Below are positions 1 to 12,600 of a stretch of DNA of 64,000 nucleotides, one piece after another. The position numbers and the translations under genes are program-made. Position 1 is the first letter of the stretch; every line of letters begins with the position of its first letter. Source of the stretch: Raillietiella orientalis. Lineage: Eukaryota. Below the pieces are notes generated by a model. The model did not search any database. It had not been told where the DNA came from and saw only the letters and a program-made list of their open reading frames with translations. The stretch covers positions 1,922,001 to 1,986,000 of the forward strand of contig JAYWIR010000037.1 in assembly GCA_036172245.1 (NCBI GenBank), given 5' to 3'.

Positions 1-3000
1 CAAATGAAGGAGTCCAGATTTGGATGAGGACCCTTTAGCTTTATTTCGGTATTCCGTGCTGTTTTGCCGAGGCAGCTTTGGTTCTCTCGGAGAAATCTCC
101 CTCAGGGGCTCGAGTTGCTGCTCACGAGAGAGAGAAGGTTGTCTCGGAGCTCTTCTGTCCTGGTCTGGTGAGGTCGCAATGCTTCTCCTGACGACGGCAA
201 ATTTCTTGTCAATGATTTATCGTGCATCGCTCCCACCTTTAAAGTTTTCAATCTGTTCTTCATTCAAGGATTCCTCCGGATTCGACTTTGCCAGGTCGGG
301 AGTCCAGAGAGGCCTCAACGCAATTTCCTTCCGCTTATTCGACGTGGACGCGTGGGAGTCACTAGGATTCTTCGGAAATTCGCTCCTGCTCCCCCATAGA
401 TCTGCAGATGACCTCAAGCACTTCTCCCGTATGCAGGTTGCATTCTTATTCCTATTTTACTTCTGCAAATGCATTTCCTCCGACTGAACGGGGAGACTGC
501 AAGTTTGTCGGCTTCTCGAACCATGGTCACACCAACTCGTTGTGTTGCACTCCCTCACTTACCCTTAACCCACGGCTGCTATACTGAAGTTCTCAAGAAA
601 GACTGACTGTCCTCTTTCTATACACTGCTCTTCTGTGGCAGGGACACCTCCTTTTATCAAAACAAGATGCTGTCTTTTAAAGGAATCCTCGACTCTAAAA
701 TAGCAGTTGAACCAGAAAATTGAAAACGAAAATTGGGACGGTTGGATATTTCTCGAAAGCTTTGATGGCTGCTACCTCAGTTGTTGCAGCGGCTTCTGAT
801 ACTGCAATCGACGTGAGCATGAATGGGAATTCCGAGCATGGAGTCTTAGAAAATCCTCTTAAAATGGAAGTGCAAGTTCCGTTGATCGGTTTCCTGCCTG
901 TGCAGACTTCGATCTTCAAATTTTTGCTGCAGAAGCGACCAGCGTGTTCTTCCTTCAATGGAAAGCAATCATGAGAGAACACAAGACTGCCATTGCTGCT
1001 GCTGAACAGCACTGGCAGTCGCTCGAGAAGCGAGCTCGTATTTCAGTGGGCGGAACCAATTCATAAAAAAGAAATAAATCTGGACAGGAAGTGCAGGTTT
1101 GTTGGTTCGGTCCTTACCTTCCGAATGCACGTGTACGTGCTTCCGCTGCGTCACTTAGAGTACTTTGGTACACGTTGATCTTACCCAAAAAACCGAGAAG
1201 CGATAGAGTACTTTCAGCTGTAATGCGCCGGTCCGCGACTACATATCTTTGCTCTCTCTTTGCAGATAATACCGAGTTCTGTTGATGATTGTATAGGATG
1301 CACACCGTGCACCACATTCGTTGCTGTAAGATAGGTGTTGCTATGTCTTGTTGGTTCAGACTGGAGGCAGATTGCAAGTGCACGAATAACGGAAAAACGC
1401 AGATAGAAAACATGCGGAACTTATCTTTACCATGTCGCGAGCAGCGTCACCACTTGGACGAATCCGATGATCCAAGACGAAGATTGAACAAAAAGCAAAG
1501 AATGAACTTTCCGTCTATGAATGAGATACGTGAGACAATTCAGCACTTTAGCTGTTCCCCTTTCTTTCCAGTAAAGCATGGTTTGTTGAGCGGCACATCC
1601 GCGCTCTTTCGCTGGTGAGAATCTGCGGAGAGAGAATGAAAGCAACGAAAAGCTCACGTATGATCGCAAAAATACATACAATAAGAAGAATTCATGGAGT
1701 AGACTTGAGAGGAATAAGCCGAGTGACCTTGGGCGATTTTCGAGATGATCTGGGTTATCCCGACGTGCAGCAAGAGTCGCCTCACATCAAGACAATTAGC
1801 CACTCCCAAACGGATTTACTAAAGCACCTGCAGTCGTACAGCTGCACACCCCGAAGCATTCTACTGACATGGAAGCAACGATGAGCTTCGGTATGAGTCT
1901 TGACTGTGTCTGTGTGCTTCCAGTCAATTGAATATCCTCACGAAAGCATTACCTCAGTTATCCATGGACACTGAGAGTGTATCCTCTCTTTTAACTCGTG
2001 TAATGCCGTTGAGATCAAATTAAGATACCACTAAGGTGGGAACAGAGTTTCATTTGGCAACGGAAACGTACGTACCAAGATTCCTAGAAGCAATCCTCAG
2101 ATTAGCCAGATTACTTTTGTCCAAATACTCGTAGTGGCGTATCTCCGCCCCGAGTCTTTTCCCGTATTTGTGCTTGTTGTTTTATGTTTTTTTGTTTTCT
2201 CCTTTAAGAAAAACATTGGTACGCCTCTTTCCTCAACTTCTTCATATGCAAAGATATCAATGCTGTTTGGGGAAAATGAATGTGATGCAATCATGAAAAC
2301 AAGGAAAAAATATTGAGAAAATAAGTGAAATGCTTTCAGTGAATCTGTATAGTCCTTTACAGCCAGAGCCCGCTGGAGTGTGCATGAGCATACACTCAGT
2401 ATGTTCCTTTAACAGTGATTTATTTAAGATGATGTACAGTGGGATTGTTCCAGCTATATCGCAATGAATATGAAGAATGTGAATACTGTCCTTGGTCCAG
2501 AAGAGATATCATCATCATTTCTTACAGGAAACATGAGAATATCTGTTTGCATTTCAGAAGCCCTCCTTGTTGAAAAGCCTTTGAACTTTCAAAAGAGATT
2601 ACTTGTTCTCACTTGAGACCTTCTAAATGTACATGAGTTTTTCACTGTTGCTAAATGGCTACAGCAGTCACTGCTTACTTTGTTTGATATTCAAAGGATT
2701 CTGAATAACAGCTTGAAAGGAACTATTTCTAGAAGGTGGACGGGAAAAGACTCCCTGCTGCTTTATCAAGAGAAACACCCACCTCCTCCCAAACAAAAAT
2801 TCTTCAACGGGCACGTCTTGGGTATGTGAGGAAGTTGTCCTTGAAAGAGATTTTACACAAGAGCATTTGAAGAATCGAGGAGGCATTCTTTGCTTTGGAA
2901 TCCAAATACATAACCTCAGGGCAATCATGGGTAGAGTTACAAAGATGCAAATGATTTTCGAAGGCGTTCAAATGCAGGGTGCTGCGGCAAAAAATCCATC

Positions 3001-3400
3001 TCCTTGGCCTTGCCGGATATCTCGGAGGTCGGTTCCAGCTTTAGCTCTCTGAATTCGAAAACACCCTACCTCTCATGGCAGAAGTACCGCTTTTAGAAGA
3101 ACTCAGCATTTAAACCCGACTTATAAGGCTGTATTACCTCCCCTCCTTTCCCCTTTTTTCTCTTCTTCTTCTTGAATTCACGACAAAAGAGACGTCACTT
3201 AATGGTACTTGCAGAGAAAGAGCTACTCTGCTTAGGAGGAGCTGCTGTAAAGAAGCAATTCCTACGGCCTATTAAAGATTAATCTTCGGCCATCAAAATT
3301 TACCTCCAGGAGCCATCTCATTTCTGCATCACGATGGGATAAATGGAAGACTAGCACTCCAGTTCAGATGGGTAATCAAGGGAAGACCATGCACAGAGAT
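1..3400 (-). mobile_element. Highly decayed LINE fragments (zinc-knuckle-like, endonuclease-like and RT-like segments)
   Basis: WCTVCILYNH..KREQRYVV (~1230-1320), YPTVPIFVF (~730), VEEF..LG-like (~2800); very degenerate. Confidence 0.3.
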
Positions 3401-3538
3401 CTATTGACAATTTGAATCAAACTTCTCTGAATCTTAGGGAAAAGGTCGAGATGCTCTTGGACCACTGTGAAGGGCTTTTGATTTAAATCCGTGATGTGAA
3501 ATCGATAGTTCCGTAATCACCTGATTTCTGTGTTCTAG

Positions 3539-3694
3539 ATGACTCAGTCCGCCCTCATCTATGATTCCATAGCCGCCTTGGCACTAGGTCTGCAAGCTTT
3601 GGACAGAAGTTCCGTTTTAAATGTGGCTAACTTGTCCTGCGAAGAGGAGGTACCCTGGAGCCAAGGAAGCAGCTTCCTGAATTACATCCTTTCG
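3539..3694 (+). CDS. Gene A exon: distal amino-terminal domain ([10 protein letters not shown]...[13 protein letters not shown])
   Basis: ttctag acceptor, gtaggg donor, 156 nt phase 0/0; homologous to gene B exon 55912-56055. Confidence 0.9.
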
Positions 3695-6600
3695 GTAGGG
3701 AAAAGCGTGCAAATTAATTGATTCTTGCTTTTCTCTAGTCCGTCTTTCAGTAGAGTAGATTCGTTTCCCCCCCTAACGCTCAAAAACAGTCAAACTTTAA
3801 ACAACAAAAGTGTACGGTCATATTCATGAACACTAACACGTGTTCCGGTATAACTTGTTTTGCTTTTCTCTTTCCGTGTCACTGCCACTGGGCAGAGATT
3901 AGTCTTGCGGTATGTGGGCGTGGGGGGGGGGAGGGAAAGAATGAGAGGAAAGGTGGATAGCTTTCCCCTGGCACCTGCTCCCTGGTCTCTTAGTTTAGAT
4001 GTCACTTGTTCTTTCCACTAGTTGAATCTTTTGTGGCGTATAGTCCAGGCTGGTACCCTGCCTCGTACTCCTCTCTCTCTCTTGAGAAGGCTCATTAGTG
4101 GCGTTTCTGGAGGAAAACTGCACATCCTTTCGAAGCTTTGTCCTCTTGACGAGAATGCTTCTTATGAAGAAGGCCAGCATGGGGTACAGGGGAACGAGCT
4201 CGGAAGAGTCTTCGAGGGATCTCCACTCCGGACTGTCCCTTTAATACCGTTGCCTGCTCTCCGCCTTGCACTCGTTGGGTCAAAAGCCTCTCCTAAGACT
4301 GGAGGTGTAGGTCCTTTTCCAGGCTCCCGCACGCGGGAAACCTCCATCTCCCAGGTTCCCGGTCCGATGTGGGACTGCACAACATCCCTCCATGATAGAG
4401 CACGAATAATCCTTGCTTCGGAATGCCCCTTATGCTTGACGTTACCTGAAAGTCGTCGTTCTTATAAAGCTGAAAAATTCTTCGAAGAGGTTTCAGGTGA
4501 AATGAGTGACGTCAGCACATTAGTGATAACCAAACGGACCGCCCAGAAACGAAGTTTGGTTCATTTGCTCATCCCGCATTTGCTCAGAGCAGCAGCAAAC
4601 AAGATTTGCTTTTGTTTGCTTGCTCTTGTCTGATCGTGTTCTTACGCGAGGATATTCTGCAACTTTCATGAAATGATCTCCCTGTTAAACCGACACAGAC
4701 GTATCAGTGACTGATGCTGCAGTTTATGACACACTAGACAATTTCGTCTTGGTTAGTAAGCTTTTTTCCACGCCGTAGCGTCAAGCATTGTTCTGAGCTG
4801 CAGCATCAGTTTCAAAGTCCTGCCGTCGTGACTTCAGATGCCGAGAATTCTTTTGATTTCTGCATTCTTTTACCATGCATGGTGTCTTCGCCACTTGCGC
4901 TAGAGTTCTTTTTTCTTTTTTTTTGTCCGCTCAAAAACGGCAGGCGAGTGCATTTTCGTTCGTGAGCAAAAGATAGGTTCCCTTCCTTTGTTCATGATGA
5001 AAGCAGAAGATCCGCAACAAGATGTTTCGTCGGGTTCAGAAATACGCGGTCTTCGTACGTCAGGAAGCACATTTATCATAACTCCTTCCAGGGTCAACTG
5101 GGCTGGCCATCCATGCAAACGCCGAGGATAGGAAATGCAAAAATATCTCCTCCGCTCCTCTGTAGGCATTTTCTCTTCGACAGTGGAAAGCAGACAATCA
5201 GCTTCAGCCTGCAGAACCTTCCGTGGGACTTAATGACTGTTTGGTCCCCAAAATTCGTATACATAAATTCTGTCCTTCAACAAGACCGCTTCGGTAGCCT
5301 CTCTGCTACCCAAAACGTTCCTGTTTCAGGTTTCGAAGATTTTCGAAGCTCTGTGCTTAGATTTCCCGTTGTTCTCCTCTGATTGCAACCCCTTCCAAGG
5401 TGGACCACGCTTTTTCTGGGGACAGCCACTGCTCCATGCGGCTAGAGTTAATGCACGGAAAGAATGCGTTGGTTTGAATCAAAGAATGCCGGGGAGCCTT
5501 GCGCTTTTTAAACCACTTTCCCGACTCCAGAATCACACAAATGTGGGGATCGAGCAAAGTTGAGCAAACTTCTAGCGTCAGAACAGCTCATTTACACTCG
5601 TGCGGAAACGAGGAGGACGAGGGGAGGGGGGGAAATTCCTGATCACATATGAGAAAAATGATTAACGAGTGTATTAATCAAAGTGTATTTCGCAGACATC
5701 TCATATTTCTTAACAAAAGAAACATGCGAGAAGGCACCAGATAGAAATAAAGTACTGTAATACGAATCGATGTCTGGGGAATAAATATGCTTACTGATCA
5801 AGCAGAGTGTCGTGAGGCTGTCGTTTGCCGAGCTCGAACAAACATGGGAGGTACGCGGGTTTGAGTACCCAAACTTGAAAAGCAAACTCTCTTGGTTGGT
5901 AAATGGGTCCGAGCAAACAAGCTCTTCGCCATACATAATGCGCTCTGACGTTTTCCGTAGCACCTGTTTGTGTACTTTTTCGCGAGTGCGGAAGTCATCC
6001 ACGTTCGATGTATGCTTGCCGAATGGCTTGCTGGAGTTCGGATCGCTTCTCGGATGGGGACCATCGAAGAGATGGAACCTTCTCTGCGATGTCGGCTGCA
6101 GCATCGTCGTCTTCACTTTTTGCAATCGCATGTGTGTGATATCATCGTGTTTCGGTCTACCGTCAGCACGATTCAGTGCAACAGAATGAAATTTGGCTCA
6201 TCCCAAAAGAGCCGATCGGATGGAACAAAAATGCATTGGTGGTTCTAAACACATCCGTCCATCCCCATGTCATTTTTCTGCGTGGTCACCATTCCTTTCC
6301 AAACACCTTTGACACCGTGGAAAAAGCCTTTTTGAAACCCTTTGAGTAAAATTCCGCCGCCTGGGTGTTAGGTGGGTTCAGAACTGCAACTTTCAACTCC
6401 TCATCACTTTCCTCGAATCGTTGAGCCACTTCTGAAGATGCGAGAAGGAAGAAGTCACTGGGCGGAGCTGTAAAAAGGGTGATCAAAAAGTTCCCATTCG
6501 AATTCCTGAATTGTCTGGAATGTGCTCACGGCATGTGTTTTTGCCAAGGTGCGCGCTGTCGTCAAGGAGAACAACCCGCGTTGTGCTTGACCTTCCTTGG

Positions 6601-9600
6601 AGCTGCAAAACTCGCGTTTCCGTGCTCCTCCTGTGTGACAATGTGTTCCAGGTCGAGTTTGAAGGGTTGACTGGCCACGTCCAGTTCAAAGAGGGGAAGA
6701 GGAGCAACTTCAAGCTGGACCTGATGAGACTGAAGAACAAGAGCTTTGTCAAGATAGGAGAGTGGACGGACAGTGCAGGTCTCTCCGTAGATGACCTGAA
6801 GAAGCTGCACCACCACGACTTCAAAAACGTGACCCTGACGGTCACCACCATAATCGTGAGCAGTCCCATCTCCCTTTCCGGATCCCTTGAGGAGCGCCTC
6901 TTGCCCTACTCAAGGAAGCTCCCTACGTGATGGTCAAGGAGGACGAACGGCTGGTCGGCAACGAAAGATTCGACGGCTTCTGCATCGATCTGCTGAAGGC
7001 GGTCAGCAACCACGTGGGCTTCAACTACCGAATCTACGTCGCCCCCGACGGGAAGTACGGGATCCAGGACCTGGAGACGAAGGAGTGGAACGGGGTCGTG
7101 AAAGAGCTGATAGACAAGGTGGTGAGGGAACGCGGTTCGCCCATGCAACTCCCTCTCCTGCTATCCCTTCCGGGAACGGGGACCTAGGGACGGGGATAAC
7201 GACTCCCCCTCCTTCCTCTATCCCCATCTTCTTCCAGAAGGCGGACCTCGCGGTGGGCTCTATGAGCATCATCCACGCTCGGCAGAACTTCATCGATTTC
7301 ACGAAACCGTTCATGAATCTCGGCATCAGCATCCTCTTCAAGGTAGAGAGAGTGGGGAAGGAAGGGCGTCATTTCCGAATCCTTCCGCCAATACACCCCT
7401 CGGCGTGGCCGTAGGTCTCGGATGAAGAAAAGTCGCGCTTCTTTTCCTACCTGAAGCCCTTTGTCCTCAACATCTGGCTGTACCTGTCCGCGTCCTACGT
7501 CCTCGTGTCCGTCACGCTGTTTGCGGTTGCCAAACTGAGTCCCTACGAGTGGCCGTATGCTTCCCGAGGAGGACCTTCATCCAAGAACCCCCCACGGTGC
7601 CACTTCAACCTGTCGGGAAGCTTCTGGTTCACGATCGGGACTCTGATGCAGCAGGTCAGCGACCTCAACCCCAAGGTGAGACACGAACCCTCTCCCCCCT
7701 TGGCTTGATCCTCCGCCCTGCTTCGGGAGCACGGTCTACCCGTGGCCCCACCGGGCGTGCGAGGAAGCCGAGGTCCATGGAAGGGGACGGGAAGGCAGTG
7801 CAGAGGGGGTAGGGGAGGATGGTGGTGCCTTCGTTTCCCTTCCCCCTCTTCCTCCGCGAGAACTCGAACGCTCCAGGCTCTTCGGACGTACTGCTGTTGC
7901 AGGCGCTGTCCACGCGCATCGTGAGTGGCGTCTGGTGGCTCTTCAGCCTCGTCATCATCTCTTCTTACACGGCCAACCTGGCTGCGTTTCTCACCGTGCA
8001 GCGACTCACGACGCCCATCGAAAGGGTCGAGGACCTGGCGGATCAGAGTGCGATCGAGTACGGGATGCTGAACAGCGGGACCACCATGAGCTTCTTCCGG
8101 GTGGGTTTGCGTCTGTATTCCACCCCCATCCCCACCCCCTTTCCTCCCGCTCTCCCCAGGCGACCACTGCCTCCACCTCCGCGGGGACTCCCCCGAACCT
8201 CCTTGCTGGAAGACGGGGAGCCACCCTCTTCCCCCTTACTCCAGAGATAGGGTTACTGCCGCATACCCCTGGGCGGACTCCTCGGAGGAGGAATCCGTTT
8301 TGGACCCTCACTCCAGAGTCGTCGTCTTCACGCCCAGGTCTTCGTTCCTCCTCCAAGGAGTCCCGGCTGGGGGAAGCTCCTTTACAGGTAGCCGGCGAGG
8401 AGGAGGTCCCGACGGGAGGGTCCGCCATTTCTATAGCATTCTTCCGCTCCCTCCCGCCCTTCCTTTCGCATGGTTCCCGTCCCCCCTTCCTGCCTTCCCG
8501 GTGAGCAGTTGCCATCTCCCGCAGGACTCCAAGATAGACCTCTACCGGAAGATGTGGAGGCAGATGGAGAGCAAGGAGGCGACCGTCTTAGTGCCGACCT
8601 ACGAGGAGGGCATCCGGCGGGTTCTGCAGGGCAACTTCGCCTTTTTCATGGAGTCCAGCATGCTGGAGTATGCCGTGCAGAGGAACTGCAACCTGACCCA
8701 GATCGGAGGCATCCTGGACTCCAAGGAGTACGGGATAGCCACGCCAAAAGGTGATCCCTTTCTCCCCGGGAGTGGTGCGGGGGTGTTGGGTTGTGTCAGT
8801 GAGCGCCGTTGCACAGCTCGCAAGAGCGTGGGAGAGGCCAGGACTCATGCTTCCGTCACCCCCTTCGAGGGATCACGCGCTTCCCCGGGCAACTCGCAGA
8901 AAGTGGAGAGGACCGGTCCAGGGGACCGTAACCCACAAGTGGTCGGACCGGACGAGCTCCCCTTTGGGCGAGGACGCTTTCCCTCCGTTTCTGCCTCTCT
9001 CAGGCAGGGAATTTCCCGAAAGGGGGCTGGACTTCTCTTCCTTCTCCTCCTCCTCCTCCTCTTCCTCTCCCTCTTATTCCTCCTTCTCCGCCGCCACTGC
9101 CGTCACCGTCGTCCGGGATCGTCACTTGCCAATGGAGGTCACCCTGGGGGATCAGATAGCCGGCAGCAGCTCGCCTCAATTAGCGATCGCTAGAGGCCTC
9201 ACTGGATTGCCTTCAAAAAGTTCGGGCCAGGAAGGGGAGAGAAGAGGAAGCGGACTCCTGAAAGAGGGGACGTGTAACCCCTCAGCCTCCGCGAGCTCAT
9301 CCTACAGAGTCGTCGTCTTCACACCCATGTCTCCACTATTCTTCCGAGGAGTCCGGGAAAGAGGGACGCGGGACCCAACCTGGTCTCGGGGAAGCTGCTT
9401 TCCATGTCGCCGGCGGGGAGGTGTTCCCGACGGAAGGGAACACCTCGCCGCTGTTTCCGTGGCATCCGCGCGGGATCCTTGCTCGTGGGGAAGGAAGGGA
9501 GTGGGGATGGGAACCGACGTTCTTTCGGCAGGAAAAGGCAGAAGCCGAAGGGGTGTCGGCAAGGACCCCCTTCCAGGAGAAAGAGAAGAAGGCGTTTCGC

Positions 9601-12600
9601 CTCTTGAGTTTTCCTGGATCTTACGAAGGGCAGGGCAGGGGCGCGTACTGGGCCAAGGGGCTCGGAAGTAACCTACTGCCACCTCCCAGGATCCCCCTGG
9701 AGGGACAAGATCTCTATGGCCATCCTGAACCTGCAGGAGAAGCAGGTGATCCGAATGCTGTACAACAAGTGGTGGAAGAAGAGCAGGCAGTCCTGCAGGC
9801 GAGCGGACAAGAAGGGGTCGAAGGCCCTGGGCATTGAGAGCATCGGTAAGGAGGAAAACGATGGGGAAGGGGGGGTCGGGAGGGGGAACGAACGACTCCA
9901 CCTCCAGTCACCGAGGGTCGCAGCCGCAGCAACCCCTTCGCAGATCACGAGAGGTTTCTGGGAGCGGGAGAGAGAGAAGGGAAGTTGTCCCAGGCTGCAG
10001 GACGAGCTCTCGACCATCGAACGTCGTCCGCAGGGAGGGCGGAAGGAGAGCGGCAAGAGGAGGGGTGGAAGGGTTTCGGCGTCCGGCACTGGATCCCTCC
10101 TTCCCACGATCCGAGGGGCTTCCGGGAACCCTCCGGGTCGACTCCGGCGAGAATCGTGCCGCCGTTCGGCGCAGGGAGGGAACCTTCCTTCCCCTGGCCG
10201 CCTCTCCCATCCCCGACCACCTTCACGAAGAGGGCTTCTTCTTTCCTTTTTCCCATTGATGCCTCCTTTGAGAGCAGCGGAAGTCAGGGAGAGAGGTTCA
10301 GGGAGCATGCGGAGTGGGAGGAATGGTCCGACTGACGAAGTGACGCTTCGGACGTCCACAGGGTCTGCCGAAGTGCCACCACGTCCACAGCTGCTGCTGC
10401 TCCTTCTCATGGGCAAGACGCTGCTGAGCAAGAAAGAGGAAAGGGTGAGAAGGAGGGACAAGGGAGGAGGGGAGGCTCCCTCCCGGACAGGCCTACAGCG
10501 ATCTGCAGTGCGTCAGTGAAGTCCTGGCAACGGGGAGGGAGGCCTACCTGACCGGCGTCCGCGGGCGGAGTCTCCCACACACCCCGCGGCAGCGGCGGAA
10601 AGTTGTGTGGAAAAAAAAAAACGGCATAGCGATAGTCTACCTCCATCCACACCTCACTCGATAGTCCACGGAGCGATTGGCCTCCTACAAACAACTGAGG
10701 TCACGCTGCAGTTTTCTCAGCAGACCGATCCGCTGCCCCGAGAATCCTCGTCACCAAGGAGATGCTTCCCGCATCAGGAGCGCATGCGGACGCAACCCTC
10801 CTTTCCCTCCATCACACTCTCGGTCATTGAGTGGTGCTCTTCGTGAGCACCATCGTCCCCACCACGCCGCGGTCGCTCGCTTCCGGGCTTTTTCCTTAGG
10901 CCCATTCAACGCGATAGGCGCGGGCCTGCGAAAATCCCGCTCGGTGGCGCGCGCGCCTTCTCTCGAAGGATGTGACATTTTCTCCCGTGTGGGACGAACA
11001 CTTTGCGCATCCTCGTTCCAAGATCCGCGGATCGAAGAGGTAGAAACCTTCGAGCTCTCTGTTTTTTCCTGGAAGTCTTTCTGAGCTGACTGGAACGCGC
11101 ACGGTCTCTGACGCCCGAGGCCCTCTCGCGGCGGCTCTCAGAGGGTCGACCTCTGCGCCGAACCCCGCTCCTCCAGCTCGGTCCGTCACTCAGGCAGATG
11201 GACCGAGTTCAGAGTCGTCAGGAATAACCCTGGTACGGTGCTGAGCCCCCCGAGGCCGCCGACTGACCTCTCTGGTCGTCTGCTCGGGACGCATCATGAC
11301 GTTCGCAGAATCATTTACGTCACTGATGCTTTGAGCGCGCGAACCGATCGCTCACGACGCGACGCGTCCTTCATCTGCGGGTTGTCAAGACAACCAGGAG
11401 TCACGAGTAGATTGTGGACACGTGATCTGTATGTAGGACATAGGATTCGCAAAACCAAGCCAGTGATCCGGAACGCTCTGCCCTTCCGCAAGCCTGCTGT
11501 CAGCGGGAATATTCGACCGCAGAGTCCCCGCTTCTCTGCCGGGTGATTCTCCTCTGCACGCGTGTCAGATTGCTGCCAGCGAACGAGGAACCGAAAGATG
11601 TGTCCATCTTGCTTCTTGGAGCTCTCGCGTGCTGCTCGGAACGCGCACGACCGGATCGGACCGGAGTGCCGAGTCCACGAATTCCCCGCTTGGCGGCGCC
11701 ATTTTGTGTGCAGAGAGTGCGCTGTTGCAGGGTCAGTCCGTGGTCAGGTTTTTTCTTTTTTTTCCTATGCATCCGCCCTTGTCCGCAGATGCGTCCCCCG
11801 TGTCCTCGCCCTGAAGCCTTGCAGGTCTGCGATGGTGACTTTCTTCTGAGTTCCCAAGTCAAGCTTCCACGCGGAACGTTTCGAAACTTTCATCTGGACC
11901 AACCTGACGAACCGGCTCCGGAATAGCACGGAGAGCTCGAGGTTGCCGTTGCCAGCTCTGCGCCCTTGAGATTTCAACAGCTTGGGCGTGGCGGACCCCA
12001 AGGATCAACATCCGGAGTGCCGAACGACTGCAAGATTGCGCCATCCTCCTGCTGGAGTCGCACCACAGACATGGAGCATCCGCGGGATCGCCGAATACCT
12101 GTTTTTTTTTTTTAATTTTTTCTTTTCAATCTGCCGTCGTTCGGTGAGCCGGCGGCCAGCGGGAGCAGTGGCGCGCATCGCATAGCAACGAGAGGACAAG
12201 AATCACAGACGCCATCCTTCTGCCCCGCGCTGGTGCTTAGGACCGGCCGAGTTGGGTGGCCGGTCCTAAGGGTGGCCGCCGCCTCACGGCGGGCAGCCAT
12301 CCAATCGCGGGCTAGGAAAAGAGGGTGCGCAACCTTTCCAAGTGGCCTCTGGCAGAGCTCTGTTTTAAAAAGATCGGAGGTGCAAGTTCTCGTCAAGCTC
12401 GGAAGGGCGCCTGGCACATGATGAGAAGGGAGTGACCGGGAGGAAGGTGACCCAGAGCAGTTCCGCATGAAGAAACAGGGAATCAGGTGGAGGGGACGAA
12501 AGAAGAAATCAGCGCGGAAGAGGTCGAAGGGCGGCGGGAGCACCATTGGATGCTTCCTTGAAGCCTGTGTCGTCAGTGAGGTTCATCAAGGGAGGAATGG

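Noticed and set aside
4022..4633. 203-aa ORF in a gene A intron
   Set aside because: No recognisable motif; probably the antisense frame of decayed repeat DNA
7625..7902. Editing-complementary sequence for the gene A Q/R site (partial pairing with ~7715-7737 or ~7885-7902)
   Set aside because: Only short interrupted duplexes, expected by chance in GC-rich sequence
7819..10519. Long overlapping ORFs of 140-306 aa on both strands
   Set aside because: Stop-poor GC-rich shadow frames; only the exon-sized iGluR segments inside them are recognisable
11562..11849. RING-like Cys/His spacing (CPSC...HFVCREC)
   Set aside because: Third Cys and final CxxC are missing; no splice or homology support
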